IMG/VR virus record: IMGVR_UViG_3300029240_000023
Span: 1 to 42,513 of that record
DNA from: a virus
Strand: one strand, 5' to 3'
DNA: 42,513 bases
Under the pieces are notes generated by a model. It made no database searches. It was not told where the DNA came from and saw only the letters and a program-made list of their open reading frames with translations. Shown piece by piece: positions 7,327 through 15,173 of the stretch (position 1 is the stretch's first letter; the number at the start of each line of letters is the position of its first letter). Position numbers and translations under genes: made by a program.

Positions 7327-8196
7327 TCATTGAAAATCCTCCATACTGGTCTGCCCCGGCAGCACATCGTACTCCATCCACCAGCGGAACACATCTTCTG
7401 CGGTTGCCCAGCTCGATTCCTTGCCCCGCCGTTTGCGTTCCTCCAGCATCCGTTCAAAGGCGTTCAGGTAGAGTTGCTTGTACTTTGGCCATCTTGCGAA
7501 CGCTGCTTCCCGCGCCTTCATACCAGCCATAGAGCAGCCGATACACCCAACCCGGCATTGGCCCTCGGCGTATAGCGGGTTCATCGGGACTTTTGCGTCT
7601 TGTAAAAATCCGTAAACATCCTCATCTGTCCAGTCGATGATAGGATTCACAACCCGCGTTGCTTTCAAGCGGCAGTTCTCAAAAAGCATCCTCTTTTCAT
7701 CATTGTCATTTGCGAGAATGATACTTTTATCCTTGGTTGCACCCAGTTTTTCGTAGATTCCACGGTTGTTTTTCCGGGATGCAGATTCCGCCCACCGAAC
7801 GCCGGTGCAAATAAACCGTCCTGCCCCGCCTGGTTCTTTCAGGATGGAGCAGCAGTACCGCATTAGTCGCGTCGGCGGCATCAGCTTTTGTGGAATCAGG
7901 CTCCACATGGACACCCTCTGCCCCTTGTAAGTCGGCATATTCACTGTGCATTTGTAGCCCTTTTCCTCCAACCGTTTGAACTCACTTCTGACAAACCGCA
8001 CCGTTTCCGGGGCATCAGCCGTGGTGTGGTTGTGCTGGAACTCGCAGGGGATGCCGGAGCGAACCGCAAGCTCGGTGATAACCCCGGAATCCTTCCCGCC
8101 TGAAATGCAAATAACCAAAGGCTGCTGATACGCCATGAGCGACATATCCGAGGCAGCTTTCAGGCGTTCAATTGCCATCTGCTCCAAGTCATTCAT
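7327..8196 (-). CDS. PAPS reductase / DndC-like PP-loop ATPase family protein
   Basis: PP-loop SGGKDS plus a C-terminal Cys cluster CRVGCIGC. Confidence 0.8.
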   Translation of the reverse strand: MNDLEQMAIERLKAASDMSLMAYQQPLVICISGGKDSGVITELAVRSGIPCEFQHNHTTADAPETVRFVRSEFKRLEEKGYKCTVNMPTYKGQRVSMWSLIPQKLMPPTRLMRYCCSILKEPGGAGRFICTGVRWAESASRKNNRGIYEKLGATKDKSIILANDNDEKRMLFENCRLKATRVVNPIIDWTDEDVYGFLQDAKVPMNPLYAEGQCRVGCIGCSMAGMKAREAAFARWPKYKQLYLNAFERMLEERKRRGKESSWATAEDVFRWWMEYDVLPGQTSMEDFQ

Positions 8197-8443
8197 TCTC
8201 GATAACAATCCCCTCTCTCACCAAATCCGGGTGTTCGTACCGGAAAAATTGGCGTTGTTTTTTGTGGTTTCCAATTGATTTCATGATGTTTTCGTTCCAA
8301 TTCGCTACGAAATATGCTTCCCATGCCTTGCAGCCGTCCCCGTTGGTGGGGCAATCGTCCCGCGTGCAGTTCCTGCAAAAGGGGCTCTCTGAGTCGATGT
8401 ACTGGCCAGGGCGTTCCTTTCCCCCGTCTACTTCGTTTTTCAT
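8189..8443 (-). CDS. Hypothetical Cys-containing protein, 84 aa
   Basis: ORF overlapping both neighbours by a few nt (operon packing). Confidence 0.7.
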   Translation of the reverse strand: MKNEVDGGKERPGQYIDSESPFCRNCTRDDCPTNGDGCKAWEAYFVANWNENIMKSIGNHKKQRQFFRYEHPDLVREGIVIENE

Positions 8444-9000
8444 ACTCCACCGCCTTCCGGTAGCATTTCAAAGTCCATCTTCTCGGTCAGCTCGGCGATA
8501 AAGCTCTTCACCGCTCCGGGGAGCTTCTGGTAATCGTCCTCCCGCTTCTGGCACACTTGGAACGATCTCTGGAAATTCGATGCAACCACGGACTGCACCG
8601 TTTCTGCGTCCATCAGCGCCCATTCCTTGAGCTGGGCGGGGCTTCCCACCGTCCGCTGTACCGCCGGTGGCAGCTTCCGGAACTCGTCATCCGCGCCGTA
8701 CACGCTGTTTCTCAGTGCACTTGCAACCAACCCCCATGCCTCCATCTGGGTCATCTGCTGAGGCGACTGCATCCGATGGAGCATATCTTTCAGCTTCCCG
8801 ATGGTGGGCATAAAGCCGCCGGTATCCGTCGCTATGTACGCTTTTGCAGCTGCGGCAACGGCCTCAAATGGCTCTTCGGAAAACATATCCGCCCAAAGAT
8901 TGACTTTCACGTTTGCCGCTTCTTTGGACATTCCCCGGAAAGAATCGGGATAATTTGCCTGTAAAAGCGTGAGAATCTGGTACGCTTCCTGTTTATCCAT
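8440..9000 (-). CDS. Replication-module protein, G39P-like helicase-loader N-terminal pattern
   Basis: ILTLLQANYPDSF...VNLWADMFSEEPFEAV...FMPTIGKL resembles the SPP1 G39P family (from recall). Confidence 0.5.
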   Translation of the reverse strand: MDKQEAYQILTLLQANYPDSFRGMSKEAANVKVNLWADMFSEEPFEAVAAAAKAYIATDTGGFMPTIGKLKDMLHRMQSPQQMTQMEAWGLVASALRNSVYGADDEFRKLPPAVQRTVGSPAQLKEWALMDAETVQSVVASNFQRSFQVCQKREDDYQKLPGAVKSFIAELTEKMDFEMLPEGGGV

Positions 9001-9676
9001 TCCCAAATTCCTCCCTGTACATCTCCGCCAGACGGTCAACGCCGCTGGTGTAGCCGCTGCGGGTATTTGCGTTGCCTATTCTCTGCCTTTCGCTCTTCGT
9101 CCAAGTGACAACGGCGGACTTCCAATCCTTCATGGGGCTTTTGCCAACCATCCATCCTTTCGACGCATAGAACGCTACAAAGGCTTCCGGGTCAATGTGG
9201 TACCCCTTTCCCTGGCAATACTCCGCCACCTGCTCCACCGTAGGCGGGGTGAATCGCTTTTTCTTTTCGCTTCCCCCCGCAAGGGGGTTAGGGGGATAAC
9301 ATTCGTTCTCTTTCTCTTTCTCTCTCTCTTTCTCCTTCTCTTTCTCGCTTGCGGGCTGCTCTTGCTTATCGTTTTCTTCTGCTTTGCTTCCGCTTTGCTT
9401 GCTATTTGCTTCCACTTTGCTTGCTATTTGCTTGGTGTCTCCTCCTTTTTTCCCGGATTTTGCTTTCCGCCTGCTTGCGTCCAGATTCGGCTTGATAAGC
9501 ATAAAGGCAATGGCGGCGGCGTCAGACATTTTGTCTACGTCCGGGGCATCGTTAAACAGAGCGTATTTGCAAATAGCGTCATAGGCTTCTGCCCTTGCGG
9601 CCTTGTTTTTTATCTTGAAAACCGCTTCAAAAAATGAGCGGTAAAAAGTGAATTGGTTTCTTACTTCATCTTCCAT
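8993..9676 (-). CDS. Replisome-organiser / DnaD-like protein with a low-complexity EK linker
   Basis: N-terminal FTFYRSFFEAV motif; C-terminal FVAFYASKGWMVGKSPMKDWKSAVVTW motif; central EKEKEKEREKEKE. Confidence 0.5.
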   Translation of the reverse strand: MEDEVRNQFTFYRSFFEAVFKIKNKAARAEAYDAICKYALFNDAPDVDKMSDAAAIAFMLIKPNLDASRRKAKSGKKGGDTKQIASKVEANSKQSGSKAEENDKQEQPASEKEKEKEREKEKENECYPPNPLAGGSEKKKRFTPPTVEQVAEYCQGKGYHIDPEAFVAFYASKGWMVGKSPMKDWKSAVVTWTKSERQRIGNANTRSGYTSGVDRLAEMYREEFGNG

Positions 9677-10097
9677 CTGTGTCACGGGGTGCCTCCTCTC
9701 CGGTGAGGCGAACCGCCACGCATGGGCGGGTGCCGTACCGCTTGCAGACTGTGGCGTCTGTGATAGCTGCATCATCCTTGTAGGCGATACCGTTCAGGGC
9801 ATCACACACAATCTTGCCTATGTTGTCCCAGTCGGGTTTCACCATGGGAAGAATCCGATTGTCAATCGCTTCGGCCTGCTTGCGCTTGCTCCACGAATGG
9901 GGAACGGGGTAGATTGCCGCAATGTCAACTCGGATAGCCCCGGTGAACTTTGCCCCGTGGGCTTCGCACTGGTATGCCCATGCCACCAGCTTTTCATAGT
10001 CCTTCGTTTTCTTTGGGGTGTATGTCTCACCGTTCTGGGTGAAGCGGGGGCGCTCCTTCCCTTGCGGAACGCCAGGAATCGTAAATTCAATTGTCAC
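9666..10097 (-). CDS. rusA: RusA-family Holliday junction resolvase
   Basis: IPGVPQGKERPR N-terminus and KPDWDNIGKIVCDALNG motif. Confidence 0.85.
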   Translation of the reverse strand: MTIEFTIPGVPQGKERPRFTQNGETYTPKKTKDYEKLVAWAYQCEAHGAKFTGAIRVDIAAIYPVPHSWSKRKQAEAIDNRILPMVKPDWDNIGKIVCDALNGIAYKDDAAITDATVCKRYGTRPCVAVRLTGEEAPRDTDGR

Positions 10098-10199
10098 GTT
10101 TTCGCTCCTTCCTTTGGAGTTGGCGGTTTAACCTCCCCCCGCCAAGGGAAATGTAAACTACACTGTCAATCTTTTTGAGGAAAGATTGATTTTCCCGGC

Positions 10200-10643
10200 C
10201 TAGAACGGCAATTGTTCGTCCTCTCCATCCAGCTCCGCGAAGTTCTCCGCAGGGGCGGGAGCCTGATACGCCGGTGCGCTGTATCCGTTGCCAGCCCCAG
10301 AGCTGGCCTGAGTGCCGCTTTCCTTGCTTCCGCAGAAATAGATACTGTTTACCAAAATCTCCGCCTGACGGCGCTTCTGGCCGTTCTTGTCCGTCCAGTC
10401 CCGCAACTGTAATCTGCCGGTCGCTACGGCCATCTGGCCTTTATGGAAGTACTTCTCCACCATTTCGGCGGTGCCGCCCCATGCGACGCATTCAATAAAG
10501 TCAACTTCCTTCTCACCGGTCTGCTGGTTCTTGAAATCCCGCTCACAGACCAGCGTGAAGCTGGTCACGGCCTTCCCGGAATTGGTTCTCCGCAACTCCG
10601 GGTCACGGACGAGGCGGCCTTGGATTGCAATCTGATTAAGCAT
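10200..10643 (-). CDS. ssb: Single-stranded DNA-binding protein
   Basis: OB-fold N-terminus NQIAIQGRLVRDPELR and acidic tail DEQLPF. Confidence 0.9.
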   Translation of the reverse strand: MLNQIAIQGRLVRDPELRRTNSGKAVTSFTLVCERDFKNQQTGEKEVDFIECVAWGGTAEMVEKYFHKGQMAVATGRLQLRDWTDKNGQKRRQAEILVNSIYFCGSKESGTQASSGAGNGYSAPAYQAPAPAENFAELDGEDEQLPF

Positions 10644-11448
10644 TGTCTGCCTCCTGAGAAATCACCTCGCCGGTGTCCTGGTCAACGTCGATGTACTCAG
10701 TCATGTCCGGGATATCTGTCATGTCGGAGGAAATATCCGTCTTTGTGGTGCCGTCCTGAGCCATACCGCGCACAAAGTCGGATTTCAGCGGGGCGTATTT
10801 CAGCACCTTTTTCAGAACGGTTTTCTTTGCCATCTCGTCAAAATTGGTCTGCCACGGGCCATTCCCGAAGCTCTTAGAGAACTTTCTCGCGTGCTCGGTA
10901 ACTTCCTCGATGCTCATAACCTGAAATCCGTAGCCGCCGTCCTTGGTCTTGAACATAGCGTAGTAGGCAATGGGCTTGCCACGGTTGCTCTTGGCGGGGA
11001 CGTGCCGCAGCTTCGGGTCAAGGCCAAGGGCATACTCAAACTCGTCGTTTTCGTATACGGTGTGCGCCTGAATGATGGAAACCTCACCGGAACGGTAGGC
11101 CAGATCAATAAGCCCCTTATAGCCAAGCTGGAATTGGCACTCCATCTGGCCGTGATTGCGGAAGGGAATCAGGTAAGCCTGCCCAAGAGGGGTATTCGGC
11201 TCCAAGCCCAACTGTGCGGCGGTCATCATAGCGCCAAGGAAAGACTGGGGGGTGCATTCCTTGAGCTTCGGGTTGGCGCTCAGTGCAGACAGGGTAATGC
11301 GGCTGAACCGCTCCGGGGTCATCACGCTGGGCAGTGCCGCCTGAATGGCGGGCTTCATAACCTCAATGTAGTCCTGAATGCTGCTGGGTTTCTTGCTTTT
11401 TGCTACCGCCTGCGTGGAAGCGGCGGCGTTCTGAATCATGTTTGCCAT
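10636..11448 (-). CDS. recT: RecT-family single-strand annealing recombinase
   Basis: Motifs CTPQSFLGAMMTAAQLGLEP and GQAYLIPF; ATG after GAGGAGGAAG. Confidence 0.85.
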   Translation of the reverse strand: MANMIQNAAASTQAVAKSKKPSSIQDYIEVMKPAIQAALPSVMTPERFSRITLSALSANPKLKECTPQSFLGAMMTAAQLGLEPNTPLGQAYLIPFRNHGQMECQFQLGYKGLIDLAYRSGEVSIIQAHTVYENDEFEYALGLDPKLRHVPAKSNRGKPIAYYAMFKTKDGGYGFQVMSIEEVTEHARKFSKSFGNGPWQTNFDEMAKKTVLKKVLKYAPLKSDFVRGMAQDGTTKTDISSDMTDIPDMTEYIDVDQDTGEVISQEADNA

Positions 11449-11450
11449 TT

Positions 11451-11912
11451 TTATTCTTCCTCCTCGATAATTTTCATTTCTTTCTGCTTGTAGCACATAT
11501 GCGCCGCGTAGCTGATGGACTGCATGAGGTCAAGCTCCCGCGCCCCGCGGATGCTGCTCCATGCGTGCATGATTTCTTCTCCGTTGAAAAGGACCGCGAA
11601 CCGTACCTTTTTGGGGTAGACGTCCAGTTTTACGGAGTATCCGATGGTTTCACAGCCCGAAACGGCTTCCGCCTCCGCTTTTTGAGGGGGGGTAACTGCC
11701 TGCTTTTTCAGCAGGTCACCTTCCGATACGCCGAGGAGCACACACAGCCTGCGGAACGCATATTCCGGAATCTGCCCTTTATTGACTGCGTAGCTGAGAT
11801 AGCTGGGGCAGCGCCCGATTTCCTCGGAGAGAACTGCCAACGTCTTTCCGGAATCATACACGGCTTCTCTTGTGGCGGAAGTGTCGATTTCTACCATATT
11901 TGTTTTTCCCAT
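11451..11912 (-). CDS. HTH (XRE-like) domain protein, 153 aa
   Basis: KTLAVLSEEIGRCPSYLSYAVNKGQIP helix-turn-helix pattern. Confidence 0.65.
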   Translation of the reverse strand: MGKTNMVEIDTSATREAVYDSGKTLAVLSEEIGRCPSYLSYAVNKGQIPEYAFRRLCVLLGVSEGDLLKKQAVTPPQKAEAEAVSGCETIGYSVKLDVYPKKVRFAVLFNGEEIMHAWSSIRGARELDLMQSISYAAHMCYKQKEMKIIEEEE

Positions 11913-12850
11913 TATTGTTCATCCTTTTTGAACCGGAAAGTTCTGCTTTCCGAAGATTTGAAATAGTCCTGTGGGATTTCTCCGTGGTCTTTCTCCCACT
12001 TCTTTCTATCGAACGTGGAGCGCTTCTGTGTCTTCCATGTGACGCTGTAACTCCCGTATCCGCCCCGCTCGGCGGTTCCCATGGCCTCCATGATACGCGC
12101 CTGAGCGGTTGCTTTCTTTTCTTCCAGCACCTTGATCTGCTGGCTGCATTCGTCCATGATCGCCAGGTCAACGGCGCAGCCGGTCAAATCCATTTCGGTG
12201 TCCGGATCGCTGGCCGGGAACTCTGCGTTCAGGGCGTCAATGGTGGAATCCATGCCGTCAATGGCCGGGGGCGTTTCGCTCTGAATGTTCTCCCAGAAGC
12301 TTTCTTCCACCTCTTTCAGGGCTTCCAGCTCTGCCTCGTCTCGCTCGATGACGAACACCTTGAAGTCAATGCCCAGAACCAGAACCGCCAGATACCAGCG
12401 ATCAAGGCCGGACACAAGAAGGTAATGGCAGCATTGCGCGTAGTAAGTAGCCGGGAACTCGCCGTTCTTGAATTTGCTCAAGTGGAGCGCGTTCGTGGTC
12501 TTGATCTCTAATCCTGCCCGTTCACCGATGACCAGCCGGTCGTAGTTGGCGTGGGCGTAGGGCATATCGTCCCGGAATACGGTGTAGTTCTCCCGGCGTA
12601 CCTTTTTCCCGGTAGCTTCGGTGAACCGCTTTGCTACGTATCCCTCCAAGTCCGTGCCGAGGCGTACCGCCTCTTTCTGGGAAATATCCTCCGGGATGAC
12701 CTTCCCTGTTTTCTCCGCCCACAGGGCATACGGTGACTTGTAGGGATTCAGACCCAGAATGGCGGCGGCATCCGAACCACCAATGGTGGTAGAGCGTAGC
12801 GCTGTCCATTCCTCTTTGCTCATGGCCTCGGTTGGAATTTTCCGTATCAT
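11912..12850 (-). CDS. YqaJ-type (lambda Exo-like, PD-(D/E)XK) recombination exonuclease
   Basis: IGGSDAAAILGLNPYKSPYALW and LEIKT motifs; sits next to recT. Confidence 0.8.
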   Translation of the reverse strand: MIRKIPTEAMSKEEWTALRSTTIGGSDAAAILGLNPYKSPYALWAEKTGKVIPEDISQKEAVRLGTDLEGYVAKRFTEATGKKVRRENYTVFRDDMPYAHANYDRLVIGERAGLEIKTTNALHLSKFKNGEFPATYYAQCCHYLLVSGLDRWYLAVLVLGIDFKVFVIERDEAELEALKEVEESFWENIQSETPPAIDGMDSTIDALNAEFPASDPDTEMDLTGCAVDLAIMDECSQQIKVLEEKKATAQARIMEAMGTAERGGYGSYSVTWKTQKRSTFDRKKWEKDHGEIPQDYFKSSESRTFRFKKDEQ

Positions 12851-13062
12851 TCCTCCACCTCCGCTTCCTCGTTAAATTCCGTCATGGAATCGATGCAATC
12901 CAGGCAGTAGAACTCATCATGCGCCGGGATATATACCAGTTTGCTGTCTGTGATGGGACATCCGCACCTGGCACACTTCGGGAGTGCCGCTTCCCGAAAG
13001 TCGGCATCCGCCGCCAACTGTTCAGCCTGCCGCCACGGCTCCATGCTATCAAAAACGTCCAT
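12847..13062 (-). CDS. Small zinc-ribbon protein, 71 aa
   Basis: ATG after GAAAGGAAAG; CARCGC...CLDC. Confidence 0.6.
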   Translation of the reverse strand: MDVFDSMEPWRQAEQLAADADFREAALPKCARCGCPITDSKLVYIPAHDEFYCLDCIDSMTEFNEEAEVEE

Positions 13063-13154
13063 TGACTTTCCTTTCTCAATTTGATATACTGTAAGTGGTA
13101 GAGATTCTTTATATCGCTTGCCGTCCCCGGTGCTGTAACATCGGGGGCGGCTTT

Positions 13155-13388
13155 TTATCGCCCTCTGATGCACCGGCCGATACCGGCGCCCATCAGGATA
13201 GCGCACACCCACATTGCGGGGACTGCCGCCTTGTCTGCCAGCAAATCAGCCTGTTGCCACCAGAAAAGCACCAGATTCAGCCCCGCATAGGGGAGAACAC
13301 GGAAAACGCATTCCCTGATATTGAACGGCTTCCGGTTCTCCGGCACCGGCTCCCACCGGGCATCCACGGGCTTATTTCTGCTTGCCAT
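13155..13388 (-). CDS. Small membrane protein, 77 aa
   Basis: Two hydrophobic segments; ATG 5 nt after AGGAGGTGA. Confidence 0.55.
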   Translation of the reverse strand: MASRNKPVDARWEPVPENRKPFNIRECVFRVLPYAGLNLVLFWWQQADLLADKAAVPAMWVCAILMGAGIGRCIRGR

Positions 13389-13393
13389 ATCGT

Positions 13394-13570
13394 TCACCTC
13401 CTGTCGTGGTTTTTGTGGACTACGTCGAAAAGCTCCACGTTCTCATCGTCAAACGCCTTGCTTTCCTTCGATTCCATCAAAAGGGATTCCCGCAAATGCT
13501 CATTTTCCCGGCGCAACCGGCGGTTCATCTCCGCCATGGTGCGAAGCTGGGCAACCTCATTCGGCATCAT
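13394..13570 (-). CDS. Small coiled-coil protein, 58 aa (MMPNEVAQLRTMAEMNRRLRRENEHL...)
   Basis: Hand translation; ATGA overlap with the stop of 13567..14178. Confidence 0.45.
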   Translation of the reverse strand: MMPNEVAQLRTMAEMNRRLRRENEHLRESLLMESKESKAFDDENVELFDVVHKNHDRR

Positions 13571-14178
13571 TTGGATTTCTCCTTGTAGGGGCGAACCTCA
13601 CTCGGATGAAGTATTTGTATGACGCCGCTCTTGTCAACCAAGCGGAAACATCCGTCCTGCTGGATATTTATCAGCACAACAATGTCACCGATATCGAAAC
13701 CGTGGCCAAACCTACCGCCCTTTACCGTGACAACGAACTTGTCCCCCATCTTCGGCTTGCTCTCCTTTGGCTTGTCCTCCTTGCGCTTCTTCTCAAACAG
13801 CCGCTCAACGGCGACCCTTGCGCCCTCCGATCTGCTGTAGGTATCCTTCGGATTGCACCGGGCTTCTGCGGTCTTCACGTCCCGCCCGCCCCGTTTCAGC
13901 GTGGCCGTGGTAATCATCCCGTCAAAGCGGAGTTCCACGGTGTATTCCCGATCAGACTCTGCAAGTCCAGAAATCATGTCTGCGTACCAGCACCAGCCGC
14001 AGCCATAAAAGTCTCCGCGATCCTCTGCCATGCGGTAGAAAATTTCTCCTTTGGAGTTGACGTTGACAGACGTGATCGTCATGGTCTCCCCCAGCCACTT
14101 GTTCATAACGCCGTTCCAGCGCGCCAACCGGGGCGTGCTCACAATCCGCACCTTATCCCCCACTTTGTATTTCGCCAT
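13567..14178 (-). CDS. Hypothetical protein, 203 aa
   Basis: Long ORF; KVGDKVRIV / GDIVVLI SH3-like strands at both ends. Confidence 0.75.
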   Translation of the reverse strand: MAKYKVGDKVRIVSTPRLARWNGVMNKWLGETMTITSVNVNSKGEIFYRMAEDRGDFYGCGWCWYADMISGLAESDREYTVELRFDGMITTATLKRGGRDVKTAEARCNPKDTYSRSEGARVAVERLFEKKRKEDKPKESKPKMGDKFVVTVKGGRFGHGFDIGDIVVLINIQQDGCFRLVDKSGVIQILHPSEVRPYKEKSK

Positions 14179-14255
14179 AAATAACTCCTTTCAAAAGTTC
14201 GGCGCTCTGCCGTATGTCTCGCGGTAAATCCGCTCGTAGATGTCCGGCTGCTCTT

Positions 14256-14549
14256 TCATGAATGCTCTGACCCGTTTTCCAAGCTCCCGGATCGCGTTTG
14301 ACCGAAGCAGCTCTGCTCGTACAGCTTGCAAATCTGCTCCGCTCTGGCCAGAAACTCGTCCGTCTTCGGTGTCATGCACCGAACTGCCAGCGCGTCGCAC
14401 AGGGATGTCGCAGAGATGATGAAGCCCTCGTTCCGAAGCTGCTGAATCAGCCAGTTGTTCCGAAGATTGTAGGTGTTCAGCGTCTGCCGGATATACTTTG
14501 CCAGCTTCTCCCGCTCCCCGTAAGATTGCGGAAGTTTCAGTTTTGCCAT
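14256..14549 (-). CDS. Cro-like early HTH protein, first gene of the lytic operon
   Basis: ATG after AAGGAGGAGGGACAA; NNWLIQQLRNEGFIISATSLCDAL HTH-like segment. See the finding on the overlapping -1 frame. Confidence 0.65.
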   Translation of the reverse strand: MAKLKLPQSYGEREKLAKYIRQTLNTYNLRNNWLIQQLRNEGFIISATSLCDALAVRCMTPKTDEFLARAEQICKLYEQSCFGQTRSGSLENGSEHS

Positions 14550-14590
14550 CCATTTGTCCCTCCTCCTTAAGTAAAAAAATGTTTGTTTGG

Positions 14591-14607
14591 TTGACTGCGG
14601 CGGAAAG
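14591..14607. repeat. 17-bp inverted repeat, left copy TTGACTGCGGCGGAAAG
   Basis: Exact reverse complement present at 14911..14927. Confidence 0.9.
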
Positions 14608-14619
14608 GTTCGCTATAAT
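14591..14619 (+). promoter_or_regulatory. Consensus sigma70 promoter P1, rightward
   Basis: TTGACT (14591-14596), 17-nt spacer, TATAAT (14614-14619). Confidence 0.65.
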
Positions 14620-14640
14620 GCCCATAGCCCGTTGCGGCAA
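14612..14640 (-). promoter_or_regulatory. Candidate leftward early-lytic promoter whose -10 overlaps the P1 -10
   Basis: Minus strand: TTGCCG (14640-14635), 17-nt spacer, TATAGC (14617-14612). About 55 nt upstream of the Cro-like ATG. Confidence 0.4.
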
Positions 14641-14662
14641 ATAAAGAGTGAGGAGGTACTTT

Positions 14663-14722
14663 ATGTCCAACAAACTTTTGTTACCGCCAGTACCGAACCA
14701 CGAAGGTGGCGTGATGCGTTAG
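14663..14722 (+). CDS. Possible 19-aa leader or micropeptide MSNKLLLPPVPNHEGGVMR
   Basis: ATG 7 nt after GAGGAGG, inside the P1 transcript. Confidence 0.3.
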   Translation: MSNKLLLPPVPNHEGGVMR

Positions 14723-14874
14723 GGCGAGGGGCAGAACCGAAACTGCCAAAGTGAAACGGTGCGTCAAGGACGCAGGTTTGGTCTGCTGTTGAAAGTAAAG
14801 CGGGAATCTAGGGTTTCTCGCCGTTTAGGAATACGGACTTCCAACGCAGCGCATTTCGGCAAATAAATTTGGGG

Positions 14875-14915
14875 AAAATTCACTCGTGACCAAACCACGG
14901 GTGAATTTTTCTTTC
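14875..14915. terminator. Bidirectional rho-independent terminator in the switch region
   Basis: AAAATTCAC/GTGAATTTT outer stem plus CGTG/CACG inner stem, flanked by A-run and T-run. Confidence 0.65.
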
Positions 14916-14927
14916 CGCCGCAGTCAA
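14911..14927. repeat. 17-bp inverted repeat, right copy CTTTCCGCCGCAGTCAA
   Basis: Exact reverse complement of 14591..14607. Confidence 0.9.
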
Positions 14928-14956
14928 TTTCTTTGAACATTTTTTCCGCAAAAGAC

Positions 14957-14985
14957 TTGAAAATCTGAGTAGCGCATGGTATACT
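14957..14985 (+). promoter_or_regulatory. Promoter P2 for the repressor gene
   Basis: TTGAAA (14957-14962), 17-nt spacer, TATACT (14980-14985) with upstream TGG (extended -10). Confidence 0.6.
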
Positions 14986-15173
14986 GAATTTGCCGAAACA
15001 ATAAACCATCCGCTACTCGCCGGAGTTTGAATTTCCGAAAACTCGGATTTCATACCCCGTGATTTTCTGCACCCTTTTTGGAATCGGTGTTCATGACGTT
15101 AGTATAGTCCCATAAGTCCCAAATGTCAACACCAAAAGTCTCAAAAGTCAATGTTTGGAGGACTGTACAAAAA

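Noticed and set aside
9300-9350. CT-rich microsatellite-like tract (ctctttctctttctctctctctttctcc)
   Set aside because: It lies inside the 8993..9676 CDS and simply encodes the EKEKEKEREKEKE low-complexity linker. It is not an independent repeat feature.
10167-10190. Perfect 9-bp hairpin TCAATCTTT/AAAGATTGA after ssb as a terminator
   Set aside because: On the transcribed minus strand it is not followed by a T-run. It may be a weak pause or processing site, but the evidence is insufficient to call it.
14591-14927. Retron-like ncRNA (inverted repeats flanking a structured segment) or a DGR
   Set aside because: There is no reverse transcriptase ORF anywhere in the window. The left repeat copy overlaps the -35 and would not be transcribed from P1.
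14764-15009. Track ORF 14764..15009 (-), 81 aa, in the switch region
   Set aside because: It runs through the bidirectional terminator, the right copy of the inverted repeat and the P2 promoter. It has no SD and an implausible sequence.
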